From Eledone cirrhosa (lineage: Eukaryota): a DNA stretch of 64,000 bases. The DNA lies in the NCBI GenBank assembly GCA_964016885.1, contig OZ024741.1, forward strand, positions 355,446,001-355,510,000, given 5' to 3'. Under the pieces are notes generated by a model that was not told where the DNA came from, made no database searches, and worked only from the letters and a program-made list of their open reading frames with translations. The position numbers and the translations under genes were made by a program. This document shows, one piece after another, positions 12,663 through 26,875 of the stretch (position 1 is the stretch's first letter; every line of letters starts with the position of its first letter).

Positions 12663-13910
12663 GTAACACTTCTGACCCTTGTTTTTTTTCCATCATCAAC
12701 ATTATCATCACCACTACCATCATCATCAGCTTCATTGTCATCATATTTATTTATATGTAAAATCATTGTCCACCATGTTGATCATCATCATCATTTAATG
12801 TCTGTTTTACCTGCTAGCAATGGGATTGAATGGGTTGTCACTGACCAAGTCAGTACTTAACTTAATCAGAGCTGCTAATCTCTCAAATGGGCTGGGAGGT
12901 CTGCAACTTGTTTACATACATTCCCACATCTACAGAGTGCACTGGGTGCATTTTATTGTGGCACCAACACTAGGGAAGTTGTCATGTCTTTGACACAACT
13001 GGAGACTCTTTTCTACACTTTTTGACATTTTAGATATTTTATTGTTCTTTTACTAGTTTTAGTCATTAGACTAGGGCACCACCTCAAAGGGATTTTAATG
13101 TGATCATGCCAACCATGGTATATTTTGAAGTTTGGCATTTATTTTATGGATCTCTTTTGAACCATTAAGTTACAGGCATTAAATATAAACACACACGTGT
13201 ACACATACATATAATTCTTTCTACTTGTGGCACAAGGCCAACAATTATCCAGTGTATTACTGGTACTTTATTTTATCGACCCCATAAGGATGAAAGGCAA
13301 AGTTAACCTCGGTGGGATTTGAACTCGGACAATAAAGGGCCGTAACTCTTTGCTTACAAAGCATGGCGTCTGACCCTCTACCGATACTGCCAATGTGTGT
13401 ATGTGTACAAAATAGTGATTTTTTTTTAGAGGGCTACGCAATGCGAATTGGACATTAAATGTTAAAAATAACAATAACAAAGTTGTTGAAATATTACCTT
13501 GGATGTGTTGAATTATTCCTTAATATTTCAGGATAAAATCCCTTCGTCAAAAGATAAGTTAAAGAAATTAAGTTGGAGCAGGATACCTTGTGTTGTTCTT
13601 ATGTTGGCATTTTTTAATCTACATTTTCCACATTACTTGAAGCTCACTACAACACTCTCCTGTGTGTTGTATGTGTGTGTGTGTATATATATATAAATTC
13701 AGCGAGAATTGCATTTCGACGGGTAGAAAAAGCGAAACGAAACGCAAAATCAGTTATGCTGGCAAACGCTCTATACTTAAAAAACCAGAGCTAAACATAT
13801 ATGTTAAAACGGCATACAAACTGAAAAAGTGGTCAAGAAGGCATTAATCACCTAAGCCAAAAAACAAGTCAAACTAAACAGGTCAAACAAAATAAATCCG
13901 ACCTGGACCC

Positions 13911-13970
<60 letters not shown>

Positions 13971-15502
13971 CTCTCTAAGACAATGTCACTGGATCAAGAC
14001 TTTGGTGCCATGCAGTTGTACAGAAAACCTGCCTTCCCTTGCATACAAACCTACAGTCAGTAGGCACCTCTTAACCCAATATACACCCCACCCACACACC
14101 CTACCCCATCCTCCCATTTCCGTCCACTGTGTCGATGACAACATAAAGCACCCAGTCCACACTGTAAAGTGGTCGTGTAGGAGACACGGTAAAAAGGCTC
14201 CCAGTTCACACTGTAAAGGTGGTTGGTGTTAAGAAGAGCATCCAGTCATAGAAAACCTGCCAGAAACACATCCGTATGAGCAAGACACAGTCTCCCAATC
14301 AATCCTGCATCAAATGGAACAAAACCATCTAACCCATGCTAGCGTGGAAGATGGATGTTAAACGATGATGATGATATATATGTGTGTATATATGACATGA
14401 TTCCATACAGTTTCCATCTACCAAATTTTTCTCACTAAACATTGGCAAATCTGAAGCTATAGTAGAATACACTTTCCTAAGGTGCGATTGAACTTAAACC
14501 TTCATAGTTGTAAAACGAACTCCTTAGCCACACAACCAGGCCTGTGCCTATTTGTTATGTTTTTTTATTCTTATACGTGGTATCATCTATCATAACTACT
14601 GTATTAGTCATTTTTTCATCACTTTATTTCTATTGAAAGATGTTGCCTTTAATTTTCAATTAATTTGGAAAATAAACATTTGGAGGAATTTAGTAATAGT
14701 GTGAGTAAATGGTGTTTGGAACATAACATAACACTTAACATCTTACAATAATTTAGCCAAAAATATCTAAAAATAGGTTTGTTAATTCAAATGTTTATAG
14801 TATTTTTACTAGTGGACAGACCTTTGTGAAAATTTGCAGTAAACTATAGCAAAGACTTTCTAATGTGATGCAGTCATTGTAGTATTTTGGACTTACTAAT
14901 TTCGTTTGATGTGATACAAGACATTAAGAGTTAACCCTTTAGCATTTACATTCTCTATATATACTATTGTATTTTCACAGTAAAGGCTTTATTTCACATA
15001 ATTATCTCACATAATATCGAATCTACGAGATTATGATATTTATTTTGAGAACAATACCTTAACATAAGTATGAGTGGCCAGTTATGGTCGGTTTTAACAG
15101 AAAGAAGTGAGAGAATTCTGGCCGGATATGGCCGGTTTAAAGGTTGTTACATAAAATTATGATGGTAAGTTTTCAGATAAATATAAACACTTGAAAACAA
15201 TCAGTTTTGTATTATAGTATCATGAAGGCAGTGGATTGGCATTACTGTTAAAATGTTGGGCAAAATGCTTTACAGTATTTAGTTACGACTTCCTATGTTC
15301 TACATTCAAATCTTGCCGAGGTCAGATTTGCCTTTCATCCTTCTATGGTTAATAAAATAAAGTACCAGTTAATGACTGGAGTTGATCTGATCAACTGCCG
15401 TCTTCCTGCGATTGCTGGCCTTGTGTCAATGCTACAAAGTATTATAGTACCATAGGTGGTTTCTGGCAGGTCCGTTATGTAATGCATTGTTTTAATTGAC
15501 AG

Positions 15503-15591
15503 GCAAGAGAACAACACTTATTGTTACCGGTACAAAAGATGACAACTGGTGATGAGTATGAAGGAGCTACTGTTATTGAACCAACCAAAGG
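15503..15591 (+). CDS. POLD1: POLD1 exon (AREQHLLLPVQKMTTGDEYEGATVIEPTKG)
   Basis: gacag acceptor, gtgag donor, 89 nt; YEGATVIEP is PolB-conserved. Confidence 0.95.
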
Positions 15592-17351
15592 GTGAGTTGG
15601 CATCACTAGTTTATCTTCTGTCATATATATATATAAGTATTATATTATTTATTTATGTTCATACACAGAACAAAAGCGTTACCCAAGGTTTCAAAGACCA
15701 AATTTTTCCATATCTCCAGAATACAAGAGGCTTCAAATTAGTGATCTTTCTTGAGGCACTTATACAAATTTATAAGATACGATAGAAAGTAAATTTTGCT
15801 AAGAATGCATATTTATGAAAAAAAAAACTTAATATAACAAAGGGAAATAACTCCAAGATGTAAATTTGAATTTTGAGATGAACAATGTGTTTGTGTTGTT
15901 ATACTAAGCAGAAGTATTGTATTATGTGGTGGAATGTAATATAGAGATGGTAATATTTATTAAGGTATGGAGTAGAGTAGTATAGAAATGTAGGTAAGAA
16001 CTCTTTTTTTAATTACAATACTGTTTCATAGATCGTAAACCGATGAAGGGGAAAGGAAGGATAAGTATGTCATGGGTGTGTGAAAATGACGAGTATAATG
16101 TCATGGGTGTATGACAAATGTGGTGGAATTTTATGGGGTGAGGAGGGGTGATCTCGGAGAGTGTTGTACTGTGATAAATGCAAACAGTTACCAATGAGTA
16201 ATGACTGGTGTGTTAGGGTTTAAAATAAGGTGAGAGTGATTCTGGATAGTGTGAGGAGGGGTAATGGGTTAGACAGGTTGTCACCTTATGTTGCTTGACC
16301 AATCAGGTGTCTTGTTCATATTTTCTGTTTTGGCTTGGTTTCTGTGGCTCTATGCATTACTTAGTCAACCACGTTACAATGTATACTGGGAGTATTTTAT
16401 CTGGACTCCAGTACTACTACCTTACATACTGGACTGGATGTCTTTTTTTGTCATAGCACCACCACTACCACTTTACAGAGTAGACTGGGGACTTTTTATC
16501 ATGGTACCAACACTATCTCATTTCAACTTTAGAGTACTCAATTTGTCCTTGGCTAGGTTGTAGAAGCAGTGAAGGGAGTGGGGATGCAGGATAAGAAGGG
16601 AATACACATGCATACACACATACATATTGTCGTTTTAATATCGGCTTTCCTTGTTAGCAAGGTTTGGACTATATTTATAAGGTAAACAGAAATAACAACA
16701 TAAACTGTACAGTATATGGAAGGAATATATTAGTTTAACGCTTGAAGAGGGTCTTAACGTTTTGGACGCTAGTCATTCATCAAAAGAAAGAATGAGAAAT
16801 TAAAAAGATTGAAGGGACGAGCAGGGCAGAATCTGAAACATTTTTTTTAGAGAAAAATAACAGGTCCATTCATGCTGCCATCTCTTGGAAAATTGTTGAT
16901 GCTGGCATTTTGTGTATGATATACTTTTTTTAGAAAAGTGGATGATGGGGCATGCCTATCTGAAAGGGATAGAAAACCCTTTTGTATATAGAGCTATATG
17001 TGTGTGTGTGTTGTTATAAGTCCGTACAAAGCTAAGAGGATATGTGTGTGTGTATATGTAAGTAAAAGAGTGTGTGTGCTTGTAAGTACGAAGCTGTGAG
17101 CAAAAGAATGTTAATATAAAGGAGTACAGAGCTATGGAAGTAGAGGTGTGTGTGTGTGTGTGCGTATTTAGTTGGTCTGTATCAGCTGTAAGAGTATTTG
17201 TTTCTGACAATAAGAGAGCCATACAAGTGCGTGTGTGACAATGGACAGGGTAAAAGTGATGGTGGCAAGGCGTAGAGAAGTCAATATACATACATAAATG
17301 TATGAATATATCTATCTGAACATATATAATTTTGTATGTTGTTTATTCCAG

Positions 17352-17468
17352 TTACTACAGCTATCCCATTGCAACACTTGATTTCTCATCATTGTACCCA
17401 TCCATCATGATAGCACACAACTTGTGTTATACTACACTGCTGAATCAGAGCACAATAAAAAATTTGAA
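17352..17468 (+). CDS. POLD1: POLD1 exon with Pol motif A ([28 protein letters not shown])
   Basis: ttccag acceptor, gtaag donor, 117 nt; DFxSLYPS. Confidence 0.97.
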
Positions 17469-18184
17469 GTAAGTCTTAACCTGTTGACTGCCATGTATAT
17501 TTTACGCAGCTACAGTTGCTGTGCCAGGGTTTTTTTGTTTTTTTGTTTTTTTCAGTAAAATGATTATTTAAAAAAAAACCAAAACATTTATTAACAATAC
17601 ATATCTGAATAATTGACAAACATCAATAAACTAGTAACTGTTGGAAACGAGTTCAAACATGTTAGCATGAGTCATCTCATCTACGGCACTGAAGAGGTTA
17701 ATCTGTCATGTATGAGAGTACATATGGATATGAATTACTAGACTTCTACATTAGTTCTTTTTGCTCACTATGGATCTTTGGGCAACGAAAGGTCTCCATT
17801 CTGCACAGTTGCAAGCCTTCTCCCAGGCCAAGTATCTGCGTTTCGTTTTTGTAGCAATTTAGATTAACAGCAGTTAGGTTGTTAGCTTCACAGTCCAAAT
17901 GTACTACACACACATACACAATTTCTTCCATACATGGACATGTCAAAGAAGTGAACTATTGGCTATATTTATCCAACTTAGAATATGTAAACTATCTTCA
18001 CAGTCCAAATGTACTTACACACAGACACAAATTTTACATTTGTTAGAATGGATAATTCTGATGCTTTTGAATGCATAATGTTACCATTTCCACTACTAAA
18101 CATATCTATTAGTAATTTCACATTTTATCTGTGAGAGAAGTGAAATTTTGGTCATGGCAGTGATGACAAAGTGCTACAGATTTG

Positions 18185-18940
18185 CTGGGAGGGATACAAT
18201 CAGTTAAATTGACATTATCTTATTGACCTAGGAAAGTTAAAAGGCAAAGTTGACCTTGGTATAATTTGAACTCAGAATGTAAAGAGCCAGAATAAATGGC
18301 AATAAATATTTACCTTTATCCATGCTCTAATGATTCTTTGAAGCCATTGTGAAATAATTGCTTCTAATTTAGACACAAGGCCAACCATATTTTGGGGAGG
18401 AGGAGTGGGAGTTGATTAAATCAACCCCAATACTAGAATGATACTTTATTTTATTGACTCTGGAAAGTCAAAGACAAAGTTGATCTCAGAATGTAAAGAG
18501 CTGATGCTATAGCGATTCTGTTAAGCCATTGTGAATGAATTCTTTCTAATATTGGCATAAGGCCAGCTATTTGGGATAAGGGGAAAGTCGTTTATATCAA
18601 CCCCAATAACTAATTGATACAATATTTTATTAACCCTGGAAGGATGAAAGACAAAGTAAACATAAAAAGTTGTAACTAATTGCTGCAAACTATTTTGTCT
18701 GTTACCAACCCCTTGATTTCTAATTTAAGTACAAGGACAGAAATTTTGAGAAGGCGAAAAGTTGATTAAATTGATCCCCAGTATTTGACTGGTACTTTAT
18801 TTTATTGACCCTGGAAGGATGAAAGGCAAAGTTATCCTCAGCTGGATTCTAATGTAAACAGCCATATCGAATACAATAAAGTATTTGTCTGACACTCTAA
18901 AGATTCTGTTAATCCTCTACCCCAATCCATTGTGAAATAA
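18185..18940 (-). repeat. About four head-to-tail decayed SINE family 2 copies
   Basis: Recurrent acaaggcc..gttgattaaatc.acccc..ttttattgacc.tggaa..aaaggcaaagtt. Confidence 0.65.
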
Positions 18941-19017
18941 TTCCAATATTAATGTGATCATTTGTAATGCATTGATTCCATTTTCTTCTAATTCTTCCCC
19001 TATCTCTCTCTCCACAG

Positions 19018-19131
19018 TCTGACCTCTGATCAATACATAAAGACACCTTCTGCAAACTTGTTTGTGAAGTCCAGTTTAAGGAAAGGATTGTTGCCAGAGA
19101 TTTTAAATGACCTTCTCTCTGCCAGAAAACG
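19018..19131 (+). CDS. POLD1: POLD1 exon ([38 protein letters not shown])
   Basis: polypyrimidine tract + cacag acceptor, gttag donor, 114 nt. Confidence 0.96.
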
Positions 19132-19240
19132 GTTAGTTTTGATGCCATCTACTACCATATGTCTTCACTCACACCAGCTCTGTGCATGTGTGTCAATATA
19201 TATATAATACATATATTATATATATTATATACATATATTA

Positions 19241-19272
<32 letters not shown>

Positions 19273-19480
19273 TTCGATTTTACTAAGCTTCCACTTATAT
19301 ATATATCATCATCATCATCATCATCATTTAACGTCCATCTTCCACGCTTGCATGGGTTTGGACGGGAGTTTTCCCACTTGAGGCAAGATTGGTTGTCTTG
19401 CTCGTATAGGACTGTCTGGCGGGTTTTCTATGGCTGGATGCGCTTCCTAACACCAACATATTTTATACATATATGTATAA

Positions 19481-19519
<39 letters not shown>

Positions 19520-19648
19520 CATAATTGGTGTGGGATGCTTAAAGCGTCCGTAAGCGGTAGGCCGTTTGAGCACTCGATGCTCTTACAGAGCAGAGTATAA
19601 TATCACATAAGAAACGGAGAATCAGTGTTGCGACGAATAAGATTTATT

Positions 19649-19734
19649 AGACATATTACAATCGATTCTCTGGCGACCAGCTCGAGGCACGATCGATGCA
19701 ATGATCTGAAATCGCAAGATCCTCAGATATGTCT
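19649..19734 (-). ncRNA. Degenerate or variant hammerhead motif in a short element between (TA)n tracts
   Basis: 8-bp stem I AGACATAT/ATATGTCT, CTGAGGA, stem II TCTTGCGA/TCGCCAGA, then GAAT (not GAAA), palindrome AATCGATT and TA. Confidence 0.45.
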
Positions 19735-19817
19735 CGATTCTACGAAGCAGAGTTTCCATATATATATACTTATACATATATGTATAAAATATATATACAC
19801 ACACAAATGTACATATA

Positions 19818-22800
19818 TCATCATCATCATCGTTTAACGTCTAGCATGGGTTAGACAGGAATTGTCCCACTTGAGGCAAGATTGTCTCGCTCGTATAGGA
19901 CTATCTGGCAGGTTTTCTACGGCTGGATGCCCTTCCTAACACAACCACATTTACAGTGTGGACTGGGAGGATTTTTACCGTGTTACCTACACAGCCACAT
20001 TACAGCATGAACTGTGTGTTTTTTTGTTGTGACACCTACATGACCCCATTAGTTTGGACTGGATGTTGTGGTACCAACATAACTTTACAGAGAAAGAGTG
20101 GTGTTGGTGGGAGTGGGAGAGTGGAGTAGGGGTATTGGGTTGGTGTATATTTGGTTAAGAGGTGCCTACTGACTGTAGGTTTCACTTTGTATATAGTCAA
20201 GGCGGGTCTTCTGTATTACTGTGTGGCGCCAAAGATCTCGGTCCAGTGACATTGTCTTAGAGAGGTGTAAGTGTGTAAGGTCGGAATTTATCAAATCGTC
20301 CCAGGTTTTTCTGGGTCTACCTACTCCGTAACTTCCATCAATTTTGATCGCCCTGCACTTTTTTATACAACTGTTGTCTTTCATGCACATCACGTGACCA
20401 TACTGATGTAGTCTTCTCTCAAGTAAACAGCATCTGATCCCTCTTATTCCTAATTTCTCACTTAGTACATTTATGTTTTGCCGTTCACGTATATTACTAT
20501 TACACATCCAACGGAGCATGCATGCTTCGTTCCTTTCCAGTCTGCGCAGGTCCTCTGCACGCAATGCCCATGTCTCACTGCCATGTAACATAGCTGTTCG
20601 TATACAGGCATCATACAGTTTGGCTTTCATTTTTAGAGAGAAACCTTTTGTGGCCAACAGTGGTATAAGCTCTCTGAACTGTTTCCATCCCATTCTGACT
20701 CTGGCTACTGTACTTTCAGAGTACCCTCCACCACTGCTGATTTTGTCACCCAGGTAACGGAAAGTGTCCACTATTTCTATAGAACCATCTGGGCAATAGA
20801 AGGAGCTAGTATCCTGTGGGCACTTTCTACTTATTACACCTGAGCATTGACCACATATAAAATCTACATTCTTAGATAGCTTACCTGTGATCCCACTACA
20901 TCTTTTATGTACCCATAGGTTGTATTTGGGACATAAAATGGAATTTCTACCTACTCCTTTAAGCATGGCCATTTCCCAGAGGGGACCTGTGCCCTATTTT
21001 CCTTTCTACATACTAGAACTTTAGTCTTAGACAAGTTAACTTTAAGGCCTTTTGATTCTAGGCCATGCTTCCTTGTTTGGAATTTCTTCTCTAGTTCAGC
21101 CATCAATTCAGCTATGAGAGTTAGATCATCTGCATATAGAAGTTCCCATGGGCAGCTGGTCTTAAACTCCTCTGTTATAGCCTGAAGGGCAATAATAAAT
21201 AGTAGGGGGCTAAGGACAGAGCCTTGATGAACACCAAATTTTACGCTAAATTCTTCACTATATTCATTGTTAATTCTAACCTTGCTGACTGTTTCTTTAT
21301 ACATGGCTTGTATAGCTCTCACAAGCCATTCATCTATACCTAGTTTTCTAAGAGCCCACCAGATAATGGAGCGGGGGACTCTGTCAAAGGCTTTCTCCAG
21401 GTCTATAAAAGCTAAGTTGAGGGGTTTACTTTTAGCTAGGTACTTCTCCTGTAGTTGTTGTACAAGGAAAAGAGCATCTGTTGTACAAACCCAAACTGCA
21501 TTTCATCTAGATCAATTCACCCTCTGATTAGTTGCGCTATAACTCTTTCTGTGACCTTCATGACCTGGTCAACTAACTTAATGCCTCTATAGTTTCCCCT
21601 ATCTAGAGCATCTCCTTTACCCTTGTAGCAGTTAATGATGATGCTGCTACACCAGTCATTTGGTATGACCCCATTGCACTGCTGGTCCCTCTATTGGATC
21701 GATTTGGGGCAGACTATCTTTTTTCCATTTATTCTCCTCATTTAGTAGTCTCTCATAGTGACACTTCCAAGCTACTTTCTTATCAGTATCAGTGAGGCAA
21801 GTACACCATCATCATTACAGACACACTTCTCCCTGACAATATCACGGTTTTCCTTGACACATTGTCTTGCAATCCTGAACACCTCACGTTTTTGGTCCTC
21901 GCGTTGTAGAACATGCTTGAACTTTCTATCCTCTGCTTCCTTTCTTGCAAAGTATACTTGTCTCCTAGCTTCTCTCCTGGCCACTTGATAGTGCTCTCTA
22001 CTTCCCCCATCCTGCCATACTTTCCAAGTCTGCTTTTTGGCCTTGATTGTCTCCTCCACCTTACTGTTCCACCATCAAGTTACTCTCCTCCTGCCTATAG
22101 GTCTGCTCCAGCCACAGATTTCATCTGTCGCCTTCAGCAGGTTAACTTTCAAGAATTTCCACTGTTCCTCTATATTGTACGTCTCTAATTGCTCTTCCTT
22201 ACTGTCAAAAGCATCAAGTAATATGCTTTTAAATTTGTTACTGGCTGTGGGGTCCTTCTACTTCCATATTCTTCTCATCAGGGTAGTCCTCCTCTGTCGT
22301 CGAGTACGTCTATTCCTGACTATGAGGTCACTAACTATGAGGCTATGTTGGGAGGTGCATTCTTCACAGGGGAGGGATTTAGTGTTTACAACAGACACTC
22401 TGTCATGTCTTCTAGTAAGGATATAATCTATCTGGCTGGCGTGTTCTCCTGATGTATAGGTGATCAAGTGATTGTCTGGTTTTTTGAAGTTTGTGTTACA
22501 GATACTTAGGTTATTAGCGTCACAGAATTCCAGGATTCTGAAGCCTTCTTCAGTTCTAGTACCAAACCCATAGCCTTCATGGATTCCGTCATAGCCATCA
22601 CAATGTTGTCCAACATGACCATTTAGGTCGCCAGCAATAATTATGCAGTCACTGTCAGTTATTTGGGAGGTAGTGAGCATTAGTGACTCATAGAACCTGT
22701 CTTTTATAATGTCAGGCAGGCCAGGTTGGGGTGCATAAGCGCATATTATTGTCAAAGTAGTTCTATTTAGGACTAGTCTTATTTTAATAAATCTGTCGTT

Positions 22801-23110
22801 CACTCTATTTACAGCAATTACCCATTTTTCTGCTAACATAATTTCTACTCCACTCAGCCCATTGTCATTTCCCACCCAGAAAAGTTTATAGCATCGTTTA
22901 TTACCCAAAATGAATCTAGCAGACCTACCCCTCCACCTAGTCTCTTGAACACAACAAACATCAACTTCCTTACGTTCAAGCATCTCTACAACCTCGTTTG
23001 AGCGACCTTTCAAAGTGCCTACATTCATGGTACCAACTCTGAAGTTTTGGATTTCGTTGGGTGGGTGGAAGGGATGGGTTGGAGGCACAGGGAGGGGTAT
23101 GGGAGATGGA
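19818..23110 (-). mobile_element. Degenerate near-full-length RTE LINE
   Basis: ORF fragments 22258..23088 (APE), 20951..21322 (YADD), 20166..20972; internal deletion near 21670; (ATG)n tail. Confidence 0.92.
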
Positions 23111-23127
23111 ATTATGGGAAAATTTAC

Positions 23128-23397
23128 GAGAAGATTATTTTTAAAAAGGTCCGACAGATTTATCCATATTATTGAAAAGATTAGATTCTAAGTTAAACAA
23201 ACATATAACAAGTAATAACAGTTTAAATACCGATAGGTAAATGGACTATGAACATGGAGAGACGACAAGAAAATGAACCGCATACATTACATTTCTCAAA
23301 TCAACATATATAAATTGTTATATGTTCGTTTAACTTAGAATCTAATATTTTCAATAATATGGATAAATCTGTCGGACTTTTCTAAAAATAATCTTCT
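23128..23397. repeat. Inverted repeat, ~85 bp arms and ~100 bp spacer (MITE-like)
   Basis: agaagattattt..gtccgacagatttatccatatt..ttctaagttaaac..acatataacaa and its reverse complement at 23315-23397. Confidence 0.8.
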
Positions 23398-23748
23398 ACC
23401 CACTATCCCCTACTCCTTCCAACTCCCACCAACACCACCCTTTCTCTGTAAAGTTATGTTGGTACCACAACATCCAGTCCAAACTAATGAGGTCGTGTAG
23501 GTGTCACAACAAAAAAAACACACAGTCCACGGTGTAATGTGGCCGTGTAGGTAACACGGTAAAAAGTTCCCAGTTCCACACTGTAAATGTGGTTGGTGTT
23601 AGGAAGGGCATCCAGCCGTAGAAAACCTGCCAGATAGTCCGATACGAGTGAGACACGGTCACCCGACCAACCTTGCCCCAAGTGGGACAATTCCCGTCTA
23701 ACCCATGCTAGCGTGGAAGATAGACGTTAAACAATGATGATGATGATA
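23397..23748 (+). mobile_element. RTE 3' UTR-only insertion
   Basis: Reverse complement of 19818-20140; similar copies at 14060-14374(+), 37508-37776(+), 19305-19460(-). Confidence 0.8.
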
Positions 23749-23865
23749 TATATATATATATGTATTTATATAAATCGGGATGGATTCAGTTTAAAACTGA
23801 TTAGACCATTACTCAACAGAATACTCAATACTTGGGGTACTAGAGTATGGTTATATAAAGAATTG

Positions 23866-23959
23866 GGACCCTGGCGGTTGAGCTCTTGCCATTTCAACAG
23901 CTAGTTCCAGATTCTGGAATTAGCTGTTGAAATGGCAGGAGCTCAGCCGTCAGGGTCCC
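23866..23959. repeat. Near-perfect ~45 bp hairpin with 3-nt loop
   Basis: gggaccctggcggttgagctcttgccatttcaacagctagttccag-att-ctggaattagctgttgaaatggcaggagctcagccgtcagggtccc. Confidence 0.85.
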
Positions 23960-24789
23960 GACTCTTTGTAATATTATATATACTAGCAGAAAAACTAGCC
24001 TTTGGGTGGTTTACTGATAGCATGTGTAGTGTGCATATTGATATTATACGCAAATATACATGTATGTAGATATATGTCAAATAAAATCGTAATTGAGAAT
24101 ATGCACAGAAATTGAAGAGAGACTGTGTTACACTCTCTTCTGTAATCAGTAAAGTAATCGATGATACATTTAAAAAAGACAATATTATATATAAACTGCA
24201 TTACGGTGAAATGTTATGAAAAACGGAAAAGGAGAAAATTAGAGATGGAAATATAAATATTATGATGCAAATATATGAGCGTTTATATAAGCGATGTGAT
24301 ATAGCTTATGACTAAGTGTTATGATATAACGGACGCTAACCAGAAGTGTAGACATTTGAAAATTTTTAAATAAGCTATACATTACTTATAAGAATATTTA
24401 TGTTTAATCAACAGCTACGAAATTTAATAGATAAATTACATAATATTCATTCATGATTTATTCAAAGTAATCCAACTTATTTTTAATGTGTTCAGAAAAA
24501 ATATCCCTGTCACAGTCCCAGTCCTCCAATCATTATATATTAGATATATATATATAAGGTATATTAGTATATCAGTTTCTGTTATTTCAATCGATGAATC
24601 TCAGTAACATTGAGGACTGTCTCAGTATACAGTTGCTTCTGACTCAACATATGACTTTCTGCTCGAAGTTGTTCTTAGGGTGATCGTCCGAAGGTACTGC
24701 AATCAATAATCCATGGAGTAATTATAATTAGACAATAAGTTACACAAATACACCGTTCACTGTACAAGAAGGAAAGCATTTATTACATA

Positions 24790-26067
24790 TCATCATCATC
24801 ATCGTCGTTTAACGTCCATCTTCCACGCTTACATAGGTTTGGACGGGAGTTTTCCCACTTGAGGCAAGATTTGTTGTCCTGCTCGTATAGGACTGTCTGG
24901 CGGGTTTTCTACGGCTGGATGCCCTTCCTAACACCAACCACGTTTACAGTGTGGACTGGGAGGTTTTTACTGTGTTACCTACACGGCCACATTACAGCGT
25001 GGACTGTGTGTTTTTTTTGTTGTGACACCTACACGACCTCATTTGTTTCGGACTGGATGTTGTGGTACCAACATAACTTTACATAGGAAGGGGTGGTGTG
25101 GATGGAGTGGGGGTAGTGGGACAGGGATGTATTTTGTTAGAGGTGCCTGTTGACTGTAGGTTTCGCTTTGTACTTAGGCAAGGTGGGTCTTCTGTATGAC
25201 TGTGTAGCGCCAAAGATCTCGGTCCAGTGACATTGTCTTGGAGAGGTGTAAGTGTGTGAGGTCGGAATTTATCAAGTCATCCCAGGTTTTTCTGGGTCTG
25301 CCTACTCTGTGGCTACCGTCTATTTTTATCGCCCTGCACTTTTTTATACAGCTGTCGTCTTTCATGCGCATCACGTGACCGTACCAACGTAGTCTTCTCT
25401 CGAGTAAACAACATCTGATCCCGCTTATTCCTAATTTCTCCCTTAGTTCGTTTATGCTTTGCCGTTCACGTATATTACTATTACACATCCAGCGGAGCAT
25501 GCAAACTTCGTTTCTCTCCAGTCTGCGTATATCCTCTGCACGCAATGCGCAGGTCTCACTGCCATGTAACATTGCTGTTCGTATGCAGGCATCATACAGC
25601 CTGCCTTTCATTTTTAGAGAGAACCCTTTAGCGGCCAATAGTGGTATAGGCTCTCTGAACTTTTTCCATCCCGGTCTGACTCTAGTTACTGTACGTTCAG
25701 AGCACCCTCCCCCACTGCTGATTTTGTCACCCAGGTAACGGAAGGTGTCCACTATTTCTATAGAACCATCTGTGCAATGGAATGAGCTAGTATTCTGTGG
25801 GCACTTGCTGCTACTTATTGCACCAGAGCACCGGCCACATATAAAATCTATATTCTTAGTTAGCTTACCTGTGATCCCACTACATCTTTTATGCACCCAT
25901 ACTTTGCATTTGGGACATAAAATGGAGTTTCTGCCTACTTCTTTCCTACACACTGAGCATGGCCATTTCCCAGATGGGACCGGTGCCCTATTTTCCTTCC
26001 TACAAAGTAGAACTTTAGTCTTAGACAAGTTAACTTTAAGGCCTTTTGATTCTAGGCCATGCTTCCA
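24790..26067 (-). mobile_element. 5'-truncated RTE LINE
   Basis: ORF 25174..26073 with PHD-like finger and RLRWYGHV; 3' UTR and (ATG)n tail. Confidence 0.92.
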
Positions 26068-26344
26068 ACACATAATGTTTACATATGTTTCATTAATATG
26101 TGAAGTTAAGTCTAGAAAGCACTAATCCCGAGATGAAAGGAGGATAACTCGGATTCCATTATGGTAACTATATCTTCGCACATCAATTTCTCAAAACAGA
26201 ATAACTGGTTTGATAAATTGATGTGCGGAGCTATATTTATTACTATGATTGCATCACATTAAAAATGAAAGTCTTCAGTTTATTGCAAATGTTCATAACT
26301 ATCTGCCTACTAGTAAAACTTATTATAAACATTTTAATTGACTT

Positions 26345-26875
26345 CATCATCATCATCATCATCATCATCATTTTACGTTCGCTTTTCCCTGCTTGCAAGG
26401 GTGGGACGGGTCTTATTCAGCACAGCATCTCTCCACTCGTTACGGTCCCTCGTCATTTCCACCGTGAGCTTCAATGATCTGAGGTCTGTTCTCACCACCT
26501 CTGCCCATGTTTTTTGTGGTCTACTTCTACCACGTCTTCCTTCAACTGGCAATTCCTGGCACTTCTTCACCCATCGGTCATCCTCCATGCGCATCACATG
26601 TCCATACCACCTCAGTCTCCTCTCCCGTACACTACATTCTATCCCTCTCAGACACAGTTTCTCTCTCAACACACTTATGCTGGATCGTTCACGCACATTT
26701 ACACTGCACATCCAACGGAGCATGCTTGCCTCATTTCTCTCCAGCCGTCGCATGTCCTCTGCAGTTACTGCCCATGTCTCACTACCATGCAGCATCGCGC
26801 TCCTCACACAGGCATCATACAACCGGCCTTTCGTACGCAGGGAGAAACTCTTCTTCGTCAACAGAGGAAGCAGCT
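26345..26875 (-). mobile_element. 5'-truncated RTE LINE 3' end
   Basis: ORF 26373..26903 ends TLASREKRT; (ATG)n tail. Confidence 0.9.
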
